From Squalus acanthias (lineage: Eukaryota): a stretch of DNA of 64,000 nucleotides. The stretch lies in the NCBI GenBank assembly GCA_030390025.1, contig CM059447.1, positions 16,492,001 through 16,556,000 on the forward strand. Reading direction: 5' to 3'. Of the stretch, positions 12,901-27,900 are shown one piece after another. Below the pieces are notes generated by a model. It had not been told where the DNA came from. It ran no database searches and saw only the letters and a list, made by a program, of their open reading frames with translations. Position numbers and translations under genes: made by a program. How positions within the stretch are numbered: the stretch's first letter is position 1; each line of letters begins with the position of its first letter.

Positions 12901-15900
12901 GTATGAGTTGAAACACAAAAGAAAAGTGTAATAGAGTGATTATTTTGGTCATGATTAAAACAACAACTCACTTATCAATGTTGTCAGTTAAATGGTTTTT
13001 CTCATTCTTGGAATAAATTTTATGCCTCTGACTGTTCTCTATTGTGTAGCTTCTAATTATTAATTAGACTGTTTTTTCCTGCTAGTTTTTAGTGGGCCTC
13101 CAGATCTGCTTCACGGAAATGCCCTATACCAGAGAGTGAGAACAACTGCAGAGGTATTTACATTCTTAAGGCTAGGATCAATGTAGTTTACCAGTCATTT
13201 AAAGGCTTTCAAATGACTAGTGTTTGAAATCTATGGAATATCAGTTCTGTGGATGCTGATTAATCTAATTTATGTGCATGTTTTGAAAGATGCTCAGCAA
13301 AGGGGTCATGGAGTCCCTGAGCCCAGTGATTAATGTCTCCTTTTCTCTTGGCAGGATTTAGCAAATTTGTTATTCTCTGATGCTTTGCCATATCAAGCTT
13401 CTTGCACTTTGTCACCTTCCAAATCACAGCCACAGACAGGTAAAGCTGGTTGTTTATAACTTTGGTAAGATTTGAAATGTCCCAAATAATTTTGTAATTC
13501 ATCCTCCAGATTCATATATTGAAATAATGCTCTCTCAGTATCTCCAGGCAGCTAATTGTGGAATATTATTGGTAGCCATCTTGCAGAAGTCCACAGTCTA
13601 AATGCTTTGTAGCACCAGCAGGGGGAATTAGTTATTCTGAGGCAAGGGGTCTTATGGGACATCTATATATGTATCATTTTAGAAATAAATGAGCCTCTTT
13701 TTTGTCAATTTGTAGCAATATCAGAGAAAATAATTTTTTTAAATAGCCGCAATATTTTTACAGATTAGGAAAAGATGTCTGTTTTCTTCAAAGAGGTTTG
13801 CTTTCTTTTGTTCTCGGGGAAACTGGCTTAGTTAATTAGGTTAATGTACTAAATGTAAATGTCAAGTGCTGTGTTTTGATGTATTGGGACTCAGTAAATT
13901 GGTCCCAGCCATTGAATTCCAAATTGGGGATTGTTTATGTGAATTTCATCATTTTGGAACTGCACAGATTCAGTTGTGGTTTAGTTTTGTTTCCATGTTA
14001 AAAAACTGACTAACTCGCAACTGTAAAAGTACTGTGGAATATCCAAAAGCTAGGAAATGTTATTCCGTTGTACTTTTGTTACGTAATATCTTTCAAGTTA
14101 GGGAATTTTTTTCAAAGAAATTAAACTGACAAAAGCAGGGTCCACCTGTAGATTCTTATGTTGTTGCTGGATTCTGAAGGTTGTTCAGACAAAAGAGCTC
14201 CTTGAGCCTGTGGCTCATGCATTTCCTGTGAAACTCCCTACCTGAGGGATACAACTTGAGAAAGCATTCTGTTACCAACAGGCACAAGAAGGCTGGACTA
14301 TTGTCTCAGGACTTTTTCCCCCCCGAGAGACTGTTCTAACGTGGAGAAAAGCTGGTGAGAGCTGTAATGAGCTGTATGTTACAAAACCCAGTTGTCTTTT
14401 TCTGTAACATTAGAGACTGAAAGAAAGGAGACTAAAAGAGACAGAAAGAATTAGAATGGGAGACAAGCAGAGAGATTGTTACAGAAAGAAAGCAAGACAT
14501 AAATTTTATTTTCCTTTTTGTTTATGAGCAAGACCATACGAAATCTACCAGTGTTATTTTATATTTTATCTTAAACAGTGGAGATTATGGAATTCCAGAC
14601 AACTGGTTACACTTTATGTATTTGTTTATACAGGGCAAATCTGGCATGATTTCAGAATGAAAGATCTCAGACTAAACCAAATCGGAAACTTAACAGTTTC
14701 CAAATTTGTTTCATCCTAATTCATTCACTCATCCTAATTTAAACTGAATGTCGGAGTTTAGATGTTGGTGCTTAAACTTTAAATTGTTTAATTCTTTTAA
14801 TTGATTAAATTGTACCTACTCGTGTAAACTGAGTTGAATTAGATAATTAAAGTCAATAAGATTTGAAAAAGAATTCTGTCTTACTTTGCTATTATGTAAG
14901 ATTTCAACCCTGTGGGATAGCAAGGCTTATCACAGACGAGATGTGCTGGAGCAATGTCTGTAGCTATCTGGAATACCAATATCAATTAACATTTAACTTA
15001 ATTCTCTTACTGGGTGCTTTTTGCCAGTTTTTTGCCATGCGTTGTTGCAGATCAGTACATAATTAAAAAAAAATTACTACTATATGTTCTCCGCCTTCAC
15101 CTTCTCCCCCTCGTCCCTGCATTCTTACTGTATTGAAATCAACACATTACAGTCTCTCCTACTTTATCTTGCCTTTTCTTAGGACCTCAAATCTCCCTCA
15201 GTCTTTCCTACCTTCTACAATCTACAAACTTTCAAAAGCCAACGTTGGTGCCCTCTAACTGCTGTTCTTTTGAATCTTATTGAAACTGTGCACTCTGGTA
15301 ATAGATCATTCACCTAGTTTTCTCAATATTAAAAAAGATGTTGGGAATGGTTCGAAGCAGATTTTCATCTTCTATTGGCCAATCCAAAGATTTAACTTGG
15401 GATTAATTTTCAATGTTTCATTGGTATTGAATCAAAACTATTATGATTCTATTCCTTGTGTTTCCTAGTTGTGATAGTTTAATGGATTGCTTCTCAAATG
15501 TTGGTATTGCAGAGGGAAAAGCATCTAATGATTAAGCTGATAACTGAAATTGCCTAACCTCTGTTTCTTTAAAGGAGACAATTTCCCAGGCAATTTCCGA
15601 AATGTTTGGTCGTGTTTGGTTCCTAACAATGATTAGATAAAGCAAATGTTTAGCTCATCATTCATGCATTCCAAGTAAAAGACTCACTTGAGTTAAAACT
15701 GATTTAAGTTTAAGATACTGTAAGATCAATTGCTAGCTCATTACTGCAAATGAGTATACATTTATAACTAGAATGCAATGCAAAGATTATTGGAATTAAT
15801 TTGGAAGATAAGTTATGATGTGTTTTTTTATAGGAATGGGTTCAAGCCCTTCATCTGGCTCCACAATGCAAGGCTTTGGGTACACAGCAGGAAAAATGCC

Positions 15901-18900
15901 TTCAGGTAATTGCAGAAACAGACCTATGCTACAGAGCATCCACTCTTGTCTAAAGAAATACAGTCAGCGATTCAATCATGAATTGTGTATTCTCTTGTCT
16001 AGATTAGGAAAAACCTGGCATAGGCTCCATTTGTTGATTTTCCAGACATCATTAGGTGATAACTGGAGTGACGCCCAGCTTGGTTTACTTCAGCCGCAAT
16101 TGATTAGGGTACCACAGATTGTGCTGTTGCACACATAATCTACTTGTATCTTCTCATTTGGATATTTTGCCCAGTCTGCACCTATCCGTTTTGACATTTA
16201 TTTTAGAAATTTTTAATCTCTGCCATATAATTGTTATTGTCTGCAAAATTCTATTATGGACTTTCGCTTTGATTTAAAGTGACTGTCGGCAGCAATCTGG
16301 TAGAGCGGTCGCCTGCCCTTTATAGAACTAGCATGATTTTCATTCCATCCAGGCGGCGAAGATGAAAATTTACCCCCGTATTTCTTTTCCAATGTTTGTC
16401 ATTGCAGTTCAAATTAAACAGGTATCAAGTAATTTATCATAAGTAGCAGTATCAGCATTTCTTAAACACCTTCAAGTTTGATTCCTACAGCCGCCTCTTA
16501 TTTAAAACTACCTCACACAGTTTGGCTGAATTTCAAGTTTTCATCTGACTGCCTGACAGACTCTGTCAAAATTCTGTCTACAAGAGAGAAGAGGGAAATT
16601 GCCCTTTTTTGTTGTGATACACATATATTTCCTAACAAATGGTGACAGACAATATTGGTGTTCCTGTATCCGCAGCATAACAAAGACCGCCTATTTCCAC
16701 CACCGTAACATCGCCCGTCTCCGCCCTTGCCTCAGCTCATCCGCTGCTGAAACCCTCATCCCTGCCTTTGTTACCTCTAGACTTGACTATTCCAATGCAC
16801 TCCTGGCCAGCCTCCCACGTTCTACCCTACGTAAACTTGAGGTCATCCAAAACACGGCTGCCCGTGTCCTAACCCGCACCAAGTCCTGTTCACCCGTCAC
16901 TCGGTGACCTACATTGGCTCCTGGTTAAGCTGCGCCTCGATTTCAAAATTCTCATCCTTGTTTTCAAATCCCTCCATGGCCTCGCCCCTCCCTATCTCTG
17001 TAATCTCCTTCAGCCCCACAACCCCCCGAGATATTTGCCCTCCTCTAATTCTGCCCTCTTGAGCATCTCTGATTATAATCGCTCAACCATTGGTGGCCGT
17101 GCCTTCAGCTGCCGAGGCCCTAAGCTCTGGAATTCCCTCCTTAAACCTCTCCGCCTCTCTACCTCTCTTTCCTCCTTTAAGACACTCCTTAAAACCTACC
17201 TCTTTGACCAAGCTTTTGGTCATCTGCCCTAATTTCTCCTTATGTGGTTCAATGTCAAATTTTTTGTCTTATAATACTCCTGTGAAACGCCTTGGGATGT
17301 TTTACTACGTTAAAGGCGCTATATAAATATAAGTTGTTGTTGTTGTATAGTGTTCAAAATGTCATACTAGTCCAGGAATGATGCATAAAAGGGAATAGCA
17401 CTTTAAAAAATATGGTTGATCTGGTGTATTTTAGCATCTCTATTGCCCTTGTATTGTTTAATATGGGGGTAGCTAGAATTTGTCCTGTATGATAAGAGCT
17501 ATAAAGCTACAAGTGTCTGACTGAACTTTATTTACGTGCAGTTTTTGTTGATAGTAACCTCTCCTATTAAAGGCATTTATTTGTGTCACTAGTTAGTCTA
17601 CCACTAATAAAGACAAATTATGAACCTTAACTACATTTTAACGATAAAAGATGAAGGGTGAGTTTTTTTTTAACCAGACCAGGCACCTTGAACCTGGGAG
17701 AAGCAGCTTTGTTAGCTGTGTGATTGGCACATTGATCATTCTCCACGTAACATTACAGTGTTATTCAGAAACACTGGTTATGAAATCAGATGTGAAAAGG
17801 AGCCTATCATATTTGACCATGGTCTACTTACAGATAACCTTGAATTGTGCTGGGCTGGATAGGCGTATTATATATTAAGTACATATACATTTAATAAATT
17901 AGCAGAAACCTTTGGTTGAAATTAGGGTAAGTACGCATTTAGAGAAGAAAAGTCTTTTATCAGCAGTATTTGGAAAAACAAGCCATTTGACATTAGTTGT
18001 GTCTTTCTCAGATCCAATTGGAATGATACCAGATGTTGCAGGATGAAGTTCCACAAATAAAAGATCTGTTTTGCACTAGTCTTAACAGTGTTCTCAGCAG
18101 CATGTTCTTTAATTAAATAATGTCTCTCTGATGTACTGGCCCCAGGGATGGGTGACACTACAAAGATAAATGTTTCCCTATGCACAAATTGGGGACAGAC
18201 CAAAAAGTTGCTTCATGTAACTAGGTTTACATCTAACGAGAATGGCTATACCAGTAGAATACGTACCATATAATACCAGTCTACAAATTAGAATAGAGTA
18301 AAAATGTGCTTTTCTAACATTTGCATATGTGGATTTATCTACACTGTACTTGTTTCAGCCTGTTGCCAGTGCAGTATCTGTGGTTATTACCAAGTCTGGC
18401 TGCTAAACTGTAGTCGGCAATTAAAAATAATGTTTACATTTTTATCAGGTTCTGCCAGTGATGCAATTCTTAATAAGATACAGAAAGCAGCAGAAGCTGT
18501 AGCGAATGCTGTACTTCCTCAAGAATGCCCCCAAAATTGTGGAAACCATTACCATGGTGAGGGCTACCAGCCAGTCTTGTCAGACTGCTCTGAAGCAAAA
18601 GAAGTGAAACCGGTTCCTAAAAGTCCTGTTGCTATACACAGTGCAAAAGGTAAGTTGGTCTTCAGGAGTTAGAGTGGTTTCATTTATACATGAACTCTCA
18701 CATTTGAACAATCCACTGCTGGACAAATGCACCTTTAAAGGACTATGAGGTAATTGCCTCTCTGTTTCTCATTCTCTCCCCATGGCACAAGCTAACTAGA
18801 ATTTCGTAACCTAAAAATTAAGTATTTTTTTTCCACTGCCTTTGATGAAACTAAAGTGGTAGCTTGTCTTTAAAAACACAGGTAAACAGCAAACACAAAA

Positions 18901-21900
18901 GTACTTTGGAAAACTGAAGAACATGACACACAGGGGAGCAACTACGTTTGCTCGGGTTTTATCTTGCCTTTGGTAGCATTATGATTTCTCTTCCTTTACA
19001 GTGGCTCATCATCAACCTGGTCTGCCAGGGGGAGGCTGGGAAGAAAGTGACAGTGGGCACAGTTCCCAGAATTCCTCACAGACCAATTATATCTCAGATG
19101 GCAGCAACAGTAAAGCAGGTACAGACAGCCAATCAGGGGGCAGCAGAGAGAGCGGAGACTTGATGGAAAGGTAAAAAGATATGAAAATTTAACAGACTAC
19201 TAATGAGCTAGTTTAGTGCCAGACTATCGTGAAGTTAATACAAGTACAAACTTGTACATTTGAAGTGGAGCTTAACTTCTGATCACAGTGCAACAACAAA
19301 TATGTTTGAAAGCATTGAAAAAAGGTACCAATTAGGTGTGTGGGAACATAAAAGTTTGCTGAAAGAGTTTCTTGTTGTACTGAGGATTTTGTATCGTGAA
19401 TTGGATTTCTGTTTTATTCTGGTATTTGTGTGAAAATTCTTAACATGTTTCAGCTCATTGCCTTTAATCAGTGTCTGACTGGGTTTCCACACAGTATTGC
19501 GAATTAGAAGAAGCAGAAGCTCAATACAGTGTGTGTGTGTGTGTATAACTCTTAAAATTCCCATAGTTAGAACAACTTCATGTTTAGTAGTAGTAATTTG
19601 TCTAAATTTTGTGTGTTGGTGAACTGTTAATTATACATATATACATCTAAAAGTTCAATTGGTCTTCCTAACAAGTTCAGTTTTTAAGTCGTAACTTGAT
19701 TTTAAAGTAGTTAAAATACTATTATGAGCACATCCTTTGCTAACTTCTGACTTAGTTACAATTGCTTTTAACACTGAGGACAGTGAATGTTTTGGTAACC
19801 GTAACTAAAATTTACGCTTGTAATGTTTCGAAGATTTAAACTGCATTATGACACTGATAGCTGTCTTTGATTCCTGGTCAATAGAGTAGAATCAATAAAC
19901 CTGAATGACTGCATGCAGGAAATAACCTTGGTGAACAACCTGACCCAAGGGTCAAAAGTATTTCTGACGAGAGATGAAATGCAGCACTTCATCAAAGAGT
20001 GAGTATGATTCTATTAATGAGCCATTTGATAAAATTACTTCAGTGAATTTCTGAGATAGGTAAGCACCAGCAGACTTTAAAATATCTGACAAGCATTTTA
20101 ATGGATTATTGGTTGAAACTGTAATGTCCATAAGTTTTAAATCCAGGAATATGGTCCTTTACTGATTACATTTTTAAATAGTACAGTTTTAATAAGACAT
20201 TTTGATTATCATCAATCATTTTCTTAAAGGAATTCTCTGGAGTAAGGTCATAGTGGGGCCGGTCCTGAAATACTTCTCTCAAAAAGAAACCAAATAAAAT
20301 ACTCTCTGTGTAATGTGGCCCTCAACATGGCTTCCAACGTTGGCATCCTGGAGAGAGTCAACTGTGCTGAAGTATTTCATTTTAGATTCACACTGTAGTT
20401 GCATTCCCCTCTGCCACAATATTGTTAGACCAATAATACTTGCAAAATTGTGGAATCTCTTAATTAGGTCAAAATAGTTTGGTCTTAAGCGACCAGATGC
20501 TTCTGACGAATTAATCAAATCAATTATGACCTCATGAATGGCTGTTTACAGACAAAGTCTTAAATAAACAAATGTACATATGAAAATGACAAACAGAACC
20601 AGATCAGCTGGTCCAACAAACCTGTCCCATACTGTCCTGGTGCAACCTATGCACACCATGATCCCCATCTGCCGTTCCCCTCCCCACCCTCTTATCAGTC
20701 AACCATTCAATCTCCTGGAAGAGGCAAAAGACCAGAGAAAAAAATCCTGGACTAATTTAGGGGGGGAAAAACTCAAGGACGTTCCTCTCCAATCCCTGAA
20801 GTTTATTAAACAAGTTCCAGGAGACTATAGTGACTCAGAAACACATCCCCCCCTATCTGACTTACCTTCCAAACAGAGTGATGTCGGTCACAATCAGGAA
20901 CTCTTCCAGCAACCTTTTAGCAAATACACAGTCACTGCACTAACTGGCAACTTCTTCCATAGATCAGCAACTATCTGTGAAAAGAAATATCTCTTGACAT
21001 GCAACCTAGATCTATGCTTATGTAACTTATACTCATGTACCCAGGACCTCCTGAACCTATCTAACTTAAATAGCATATCCACATGGACCAAATCTAATCC
21101 TTTCATTATTTTAAAGACCTCAGTCAAATCTCCTTGAGGTTTATGCTTTTCTAAAGTAAAATGTTCTAGCTCTCGAAGCCTATCGTGGTCACTAAAGGCT
21201 TTTAAACTAGGTATCAATCTAGTGGCCCTCCTCTGAACCTTTTCCAGGGCCTCTGTATCACCTGCCATGTGAAGGGACCTAAATTGGACGCAGGTAGGAT
21301 GTTCTTTTTGAATATAAAATTTTGTTCCAGACAGATTTGTGTGAATTATATTACACTCAGGCCTTCATGTCAATACAAAGGGATTTTTAATAGACACAAT
21401 AGCAACCATGGCTTCCATTAAAAAAAATCCCATCATCTAGGCCTAACTACACATTTGTTGAAAAATATACAATGGATGCATCTCGTTCTGTCACAGTGTG
21501 TTTGCTGCTGCTGGGAAAAGATGTGAATAATTGGGAGGTAATGGATTGTACATCACGTTTGCTAATAAAAACATTACTACTTGTTGAGGAAAATGCAACC
21601 AAAGATGCTGAATCTAGAAGATGCCTTTCAACATTAACCAACTTAACTATTGAACAGTTTTAAACTTCATTCTGGGAAACCATTTATTTCTTGTAAAATT
21701 CATTTTGCTATAATTCAGTATTTTTTTCTTACCAAATTCAGGTGTGGATTACTCAACTGTGAAGTGGTTGTGGAGCTTCTCAATGAGAAACTAAAGGACC
21801 CCTCCGACGCGATCAACATGGTATTTTCTGTGAAAGTTTTTATTTAATTTTCTGTTAGCAGAGGTTTAATCGCAGCTCATTATACGCGAAACATTTTTGA

Positions 21901-24900
21901 AATGTTTCTGAACATAGAAATAAGGCTCAAGATGAATGCAAGTCTTTCTTTTCATTTTCAGGCTTGCAAATCAAAAATCAGTGCACCTGTCAGGCTGATA
22001 ATTTAACACCCTCTGAATGATCCCTGGGACTTAACACTCAGTACTGAATATTTCCAGTTCTGTAACAATTGTATTAGTGAGGTAGTACAGTGCCAACATA
22101 GTCTATTTCCAGCTACTAAACCCGAAAATCCCCATAAATATCCTACAATGTATATACTGTAGATAGAATAATAGATGGTCAGGATTAATCTACAGAGAGA
22201 AGTTGGTTTTGGTCACATATATATATGGAAGAGGAGTAAAAGGATATTCCAGAATCAATTAAAAAGAATTTCCTAGGTTCGAACAGGGACTCAAGGCCAA
22301 TAGATAACAGTAAATCTCTCCCTGGTGGTGTGGAGTGCCAAGATTTCATTTGCACGAGCAAAGGGACAATCGCGACTGCTTTGCAGCTGCAGTGCTTTGA
22401 GTTATTAGTTTTCCATGAGCTTAAAAGAACCACTGTCACCACTAACTCATGAGAGGCTCCTATGAAGGTTGTAGTTCTTCCTGAGCATAGTTATTGTTTA
22501 GACTGAGGTTGGTCGACTTGGATCTTCACAGACATCTTGGATTCCTCAACTCATGTTTATTTAAAAACCTCAGTAGTTTGTTCACAAGCAACAAGTAGCA
22601 GATGTGCAGCCTTTAATAGTTGAGTCTATATGCTGTGTTTTGGAGGAACTTGTTTTGCCCTTTTTTTAATATATTGTTTTTGGTGATTTTGTTTCCCTGT
22701 AGAGGTCAATGAGCATTCTCTCCACCCTAATGTGCTCTGACCTGTTATCACATGACCAGATATTTGCAATTACCCACAAGTGCTTGCAGCAGTTGAGTGA
22801 GGGTGGACCAGGACCTGTGACCAATCGATCCACCAAGGTAAGTAATTCTTCAAAAATCATCACCTTTTCTGCAGTTAACAAAATGTTTTCTTTCAAAATG
22901 TTGTGCGTTTATAAACAAAACCCCAGGGACCTTATTGTAAAAATAATGGCTATAAATCTGTAATCTTGAGAATCGGTTGAATGATTTCAAATATAATGGG
23001 AACAGGCTATATTGGACTGGGTACTGTGCAATGAGAAGGGACTAATTAGTAATCTTGTTGTACGGGGACCCTTGGGTCAGAGCGATCATAACATGATCGA
23101 TTTCTCACTCGAAATGGAGAGCGAAGAAATTGACTCAGATACTAAGGTCCTGAATTTAAATAAGGGGAATTATGATGCCATTAGACGGGAACTGAGTAGG
23201 TCTGATTGGACAACGTTCCTGGGAGGACTGGAGGTAGATAAACAATGGCAAGCATTTAAAGATAGAATGACAAAATTGCAAAAATTGTTTATACCAATCT
23301 GGCATAAAAGGAAATCTAAAAAGGTGACTCAACCGTGGATAACAGGGGAAATTAGAGACAGCATAAAATCCAAAGATAGGGCGTATAAAATAGCCAAAAA
23401 AAGCACCAGAGCGGAAGATTGGGAACAGTTTAAGATAGAGCAAAGGAGGACAAAGGGCTTAATCAAGAGGGGCAAAATAGCTTACGAAAGCAAGCTGGCG
23501 GAAAATATAAAAACTAACTCCAAAAGCTTTTATAAGTATATCAAGAGGAAAAGACTGGTGAAAACCAAAGTTGGCCCATTGCAGTCAGATACGGGGGAAT
23601 ATATAACGGGAAATAAGGAAATGGCAGACCAACTAAATGCATACTTTGGGTCAGTCTTTACGAAGGAAGACACAAAAAACCTCCCTGGGATATCGGGAAA
23701 AATAGGGACATTTGCAAAGGAGGAACTGACGCAAGTCAATATCTCTAAGGATATGGTGTTAAGGAAGCTAAAGGGATTGAAGGCGGACAAATCCCCAGGG
23801 CCTGATAACATGCATCCTAGGGTGCTGAAGGAGGTGGCCCTAGAGATAGCGGATGCACTAAGTATGATTTTTCAGAATTCATTAGACTCGGGAACAGTGC
23901 CCATGGATTGGAGGGTAGCTAACGTTACCCCACTATTCAAAAAGGGGGGTAGGGAAAAAGCAGGTAATTACAGACCTGTAAGCCTTACATCAGTTGTGGG
24001 CAAAATGCTGGAGTCCATCATTAAGGATGAAATAGCGGAGCACTTAGCAAATGGGGACAGGATAGGACAGAGTCAACATGGATTTACAAAGGGTAAATCG
24101 TGCTTGACTAATCTATTGGAATTTTTTGAGGGAGTAACTGGTAAAATAGATGGGGGAGAGCCAGTAGATGTGGTGTACCTGGACTTCCAAAAGGCCTTCG
24201 ATAAGGTCCCACATAAAAGATTAGCAGGGAAAATTGAAGCTCATGGGATAAAGGGGAAAGTATTGACGTGGATAGAGAACTGGCTGTCAGATAGAAAACA
24301 GAGAGTTGGAATAAACGGCTCATTTTCTGAATGGCAGGCAGTAACAAGTGGGGTACCACAGGGATCTGTCCTGGGTCCCCAGCTGTTCACAATTTACATT
24401 AATGACCTGGATCAGGGAGTCGGATGCAGCATTTCCAAATTTGCAGACGACACTAAACTAGGAGGGGGGGTGGGCTCAGAGGAGGAGACCAGGAAGCTCC
24501 AGAGCGATTTGGACAGACTGGGTGATTGGGCGGATAAATGGCAGATGCACTATAATGTGGACAAGTGCGAAGTTATCCACCTTGGGTGCAGGAACGGGAG
24601 GGCAAATTATTATTTAAATGGCAATAAATTGGGAGAGGGGGAAGTACAGAGAGACCTGGGTGTTCTTGTACACCAGTCACTGAAGGCGAGCATGCAGGTG
24701 CAACAGGCGATCAAGAAGGCAAACGGTATGCTGGCCTTCATAGCAAAAGGGTTGGAATACAGGAACAGGGATACCTTGCTGCAGCTGTACAGGGCACTGG
24801 TGAGACCACACCTCGAGTACTGTGTACAGTTTTGGTCGCCTCATCTGCGGAAAGATGTTCTTGCCATGGAGGGGGTGCAGCGGCGATTCACCAGGCTGAT

Positions 24901-27900
24901 ACCAGGAATGGCGGGATTGACCTATGAGGAGAGACTATGTAGTTTAGGGATGTACACACTGGAGTTTAGAAGATTGAGAGGGGACCTCATAGAAGTGTAT
25001 AAAATTCTGACAGGTCTAGACAGACTAGATGCAGAAGGAATGTTTCCCTTGGCGGGTGAGAACAGAACTAGAGGACATAATTTAAGGATAAGGGCTAAAC
25101 CATTTAGGACAGAAATGAGGGGGAATTTCTTCACTCAGAGGGTGGTGAACCTGTGGAACTCATTGCCACAGAGGGCAGTGTACGCCAGCTCATTAAATAT
25201 ATTTAAGAGGGAATTAGATATATTTCTACAGGCAAAAGGGGTTAAGGGTTACGGAGAGAAGGCGGGGACGGGATACTGAATTGGAGGATCAGCCATGATC
25301 TCATTAAATGGCGGAGCAGGCTCGAAGGGCCGGATGGCCTACTCCTGCTCCTATCTTCTATGTATCTATGTATCTATGTATAATAATCATTTTCTAGCCT
25401 ACCCTTAGTTTGTAATGCAGTACGCACATCAATTAATGCTGGAGGTAATGACTCCATGTTATTCGTATTTCATTTCCAAAGACTGTACTTTATATTTACT
25501 TATTTACTCAATGTTGGCTTCTCTTAAGGTCTAGCCTCTTGTTCCTTGTCCCCCACAGCTGCCTATAGTTGAGTCTAGCGTATCTTCAGTAATGCCCCTT
25601 CAGCCAATCAGAATTCAGTGTCCAACAACAATTTTATAAATCATGTTGTTTTTGACAACTGAAATCTGATTTTCAGTTTAATAAATGTAAATCTTGATTT
25701 TCAGCTGTGATTATCACAGTACTGCTCTCAAGACATAATCTATGCTGGCACTTCAGTGCAGTATGAGTGAGTGCTGCACTGTGGGATGAGATGTCTGCTT
25801 GTCCTGGTGGTTCAGATAGATGTGGTACTATTTGAGAAAGAACAGGAAATTCTCCCGGCGCCGTGGCTAACATTCCTCTTCAACCAACCCAACCAAAAGC
25901 AGATTGACTGATTATTCATCAAATTTGCTGTTTATGGGACCCTGCTGTGTGCGATTGCTTCCATGTTTGCTTACATAACAGGGACTACACTTCAAAACTA
26001 ATTCATTGGTTGTGAAGTGCTTTGATGTCATGCGAACTTTCAACAGTGCAACATAAATGTGAGTTCTTCCTTAATGGTGGGGGGATTTTCCTCTTCGGGG
26101 AGGAGTACCGCCAGGGGTGGGAAATCCCGGCACTGTACACCAGAAGAGATGGCGAAGGACCATAAAAGGGCAGAGGTGGCCCGAAGATGCCTGCACAGCT
26201 CCCACTGAATGCCAACCGCAAATAAGTGCTGGGCCTGAATTGAGGGAGACGTGGCTGCTACTAGCCTCTCTCCCTCCACTGGGAGAACTCTGATCCTTTA
26301 TCATTGCTCTGGGAAACGGCACGGTGTGGAGGACGGGTGGGAAATCCACCAGGGACTGTGCCCCCACTCCCACCGCCAGGTACATGCAGTGGGTGGGAAA
26401 GGAGTGACCGGCAGGGTGACGACAGTTTGGGTGGGATCATGGAGGAGAATTCAGCCCGTGTCTTTTATTTTCTGATGGAACTACAATTTTAAATGTCAGA
26501 TCCCTTAGATGTTTGAGCCAGAGCAGCAATAGTGTTGCTACAATTGGCCTTGGAACTCCTTGGATGGAATGGCGAAAACTGGCCAAGGTTCCTGCTCTGG
26601 GACACAATCCTCTGCTAGAATCATAGGTTTGGATGTTGGGTGAGGACAGGATCGGGTCCAGCTAAGACACCCCGGTGGTCGGAAAGCTGTGAAATTCTGT
26701 CGGGGTTCCTCTGGTCTCCTGCCATAACTCTGGCAGAACCCCTTCAGGGAGACCTGATTACAGCAGATCTCTACCATTCCCGGGAGCTTCCTCAATGCCC
26801 TGTAAGGGGTGGATCTTCCATCCGCCTTTCACAAAGCAAATGATAGGATGGGACGGGATCCCTAAGCTGGGAGTTCCTGCACCTGCTGCACAGTTGGGAC
26901 CCGGTGTTTGTGGAGCAGCCGGTTCGGTGAGTGGGTGGAGGTGATCCGACCTGCACAAGGGCATTTTTGGGACCAACTGGTGGTGTCCAGGCTAGGCGAA
27001 CCTTTGCTGAGGGGGCTGATAGGAACATTGTCATGGGGGAGCCTAGACAAACCCATGCCAGAGTCTCTGTGGGCATGGGGCAGGTGGGCACCACAGGTAT
27101 GTCCGGAGTGTTGCTGGCACCTACTGCCCCCTGCTAATGAGATGCCCTCCTGCTGACCCTGCACTTTCTGGTGGGGTCAGCACTGGAGTACACTGTCGGG
27201 CATAACCGCCAGAATGCCAATCCAGGAAACTTTGGGGCTTCACTGTTCAACTTCACACATTAACAACTTGGGCAAGGTAACAGAGGACAAGATGTGCCCA
27301 TAGAACTATACCCCAGTGAGGAGAAGGGTAGTTAAGGAGAAACAATTGGGGGGGAAAGAAAAAAGTCCAAATGTTTTTTAATGGGATAAAGCCTGCCAGT
27401 GTGGGGGTGGGTGGGCAGAAAATCCCGGCAGTGCGCATCAGAAGAGGTGCCAAGGTACAGCCATCAAAAGACACAGCTAACATTAACAATTTGTTCATTT
27501 TTTTTAAAGATTCTGAGGCAGTTTCAGGCTTTGAATGGGAGTAAGCCAGTAACTCAGGGTTCAACATCGGAAATCACTCTGTCTACTTCCAGTGACACCT
27601 TGTCATGTAATGCTGAAACACCTTTAATGGACTTCACTTCAGGGCTGAAAGGGAAAACGTTGATTCACCCATTGCAATTTTGTCCTGGGTCAGAGAAGAC
27701 TTTACCAATAGAGAAAAACCAGGGATCGTCATTATGTTTACCTCCGCTATCACAAGGAACCTCAGTCTCCCAGGGAAACCAGGAGCCAGTATTCCCATCT
27801 CTTTCAGCATCTGAAGTTAAAGTTCAACACACAGAAAAAGTGACTGACATTTCATCCCGTACAGTGGATACTGAAAAAAGTGACCCATGCTCAGAAACAC

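Noticed and set aside
15183-15260. Alternative TEPSIN exon after a strong acceptor (DLKSPSVF...)
   Set aside because: The true DLANLLFSD exon is at 13355-13439; this one has no homology and no clear donor.
26072-27235. GC-rich block with many short ORFs in the last TEPSIN intron
   Set aside because: No consistent frame or recognisable motif; probably a decayed retroelement that I cannot assign to a family.
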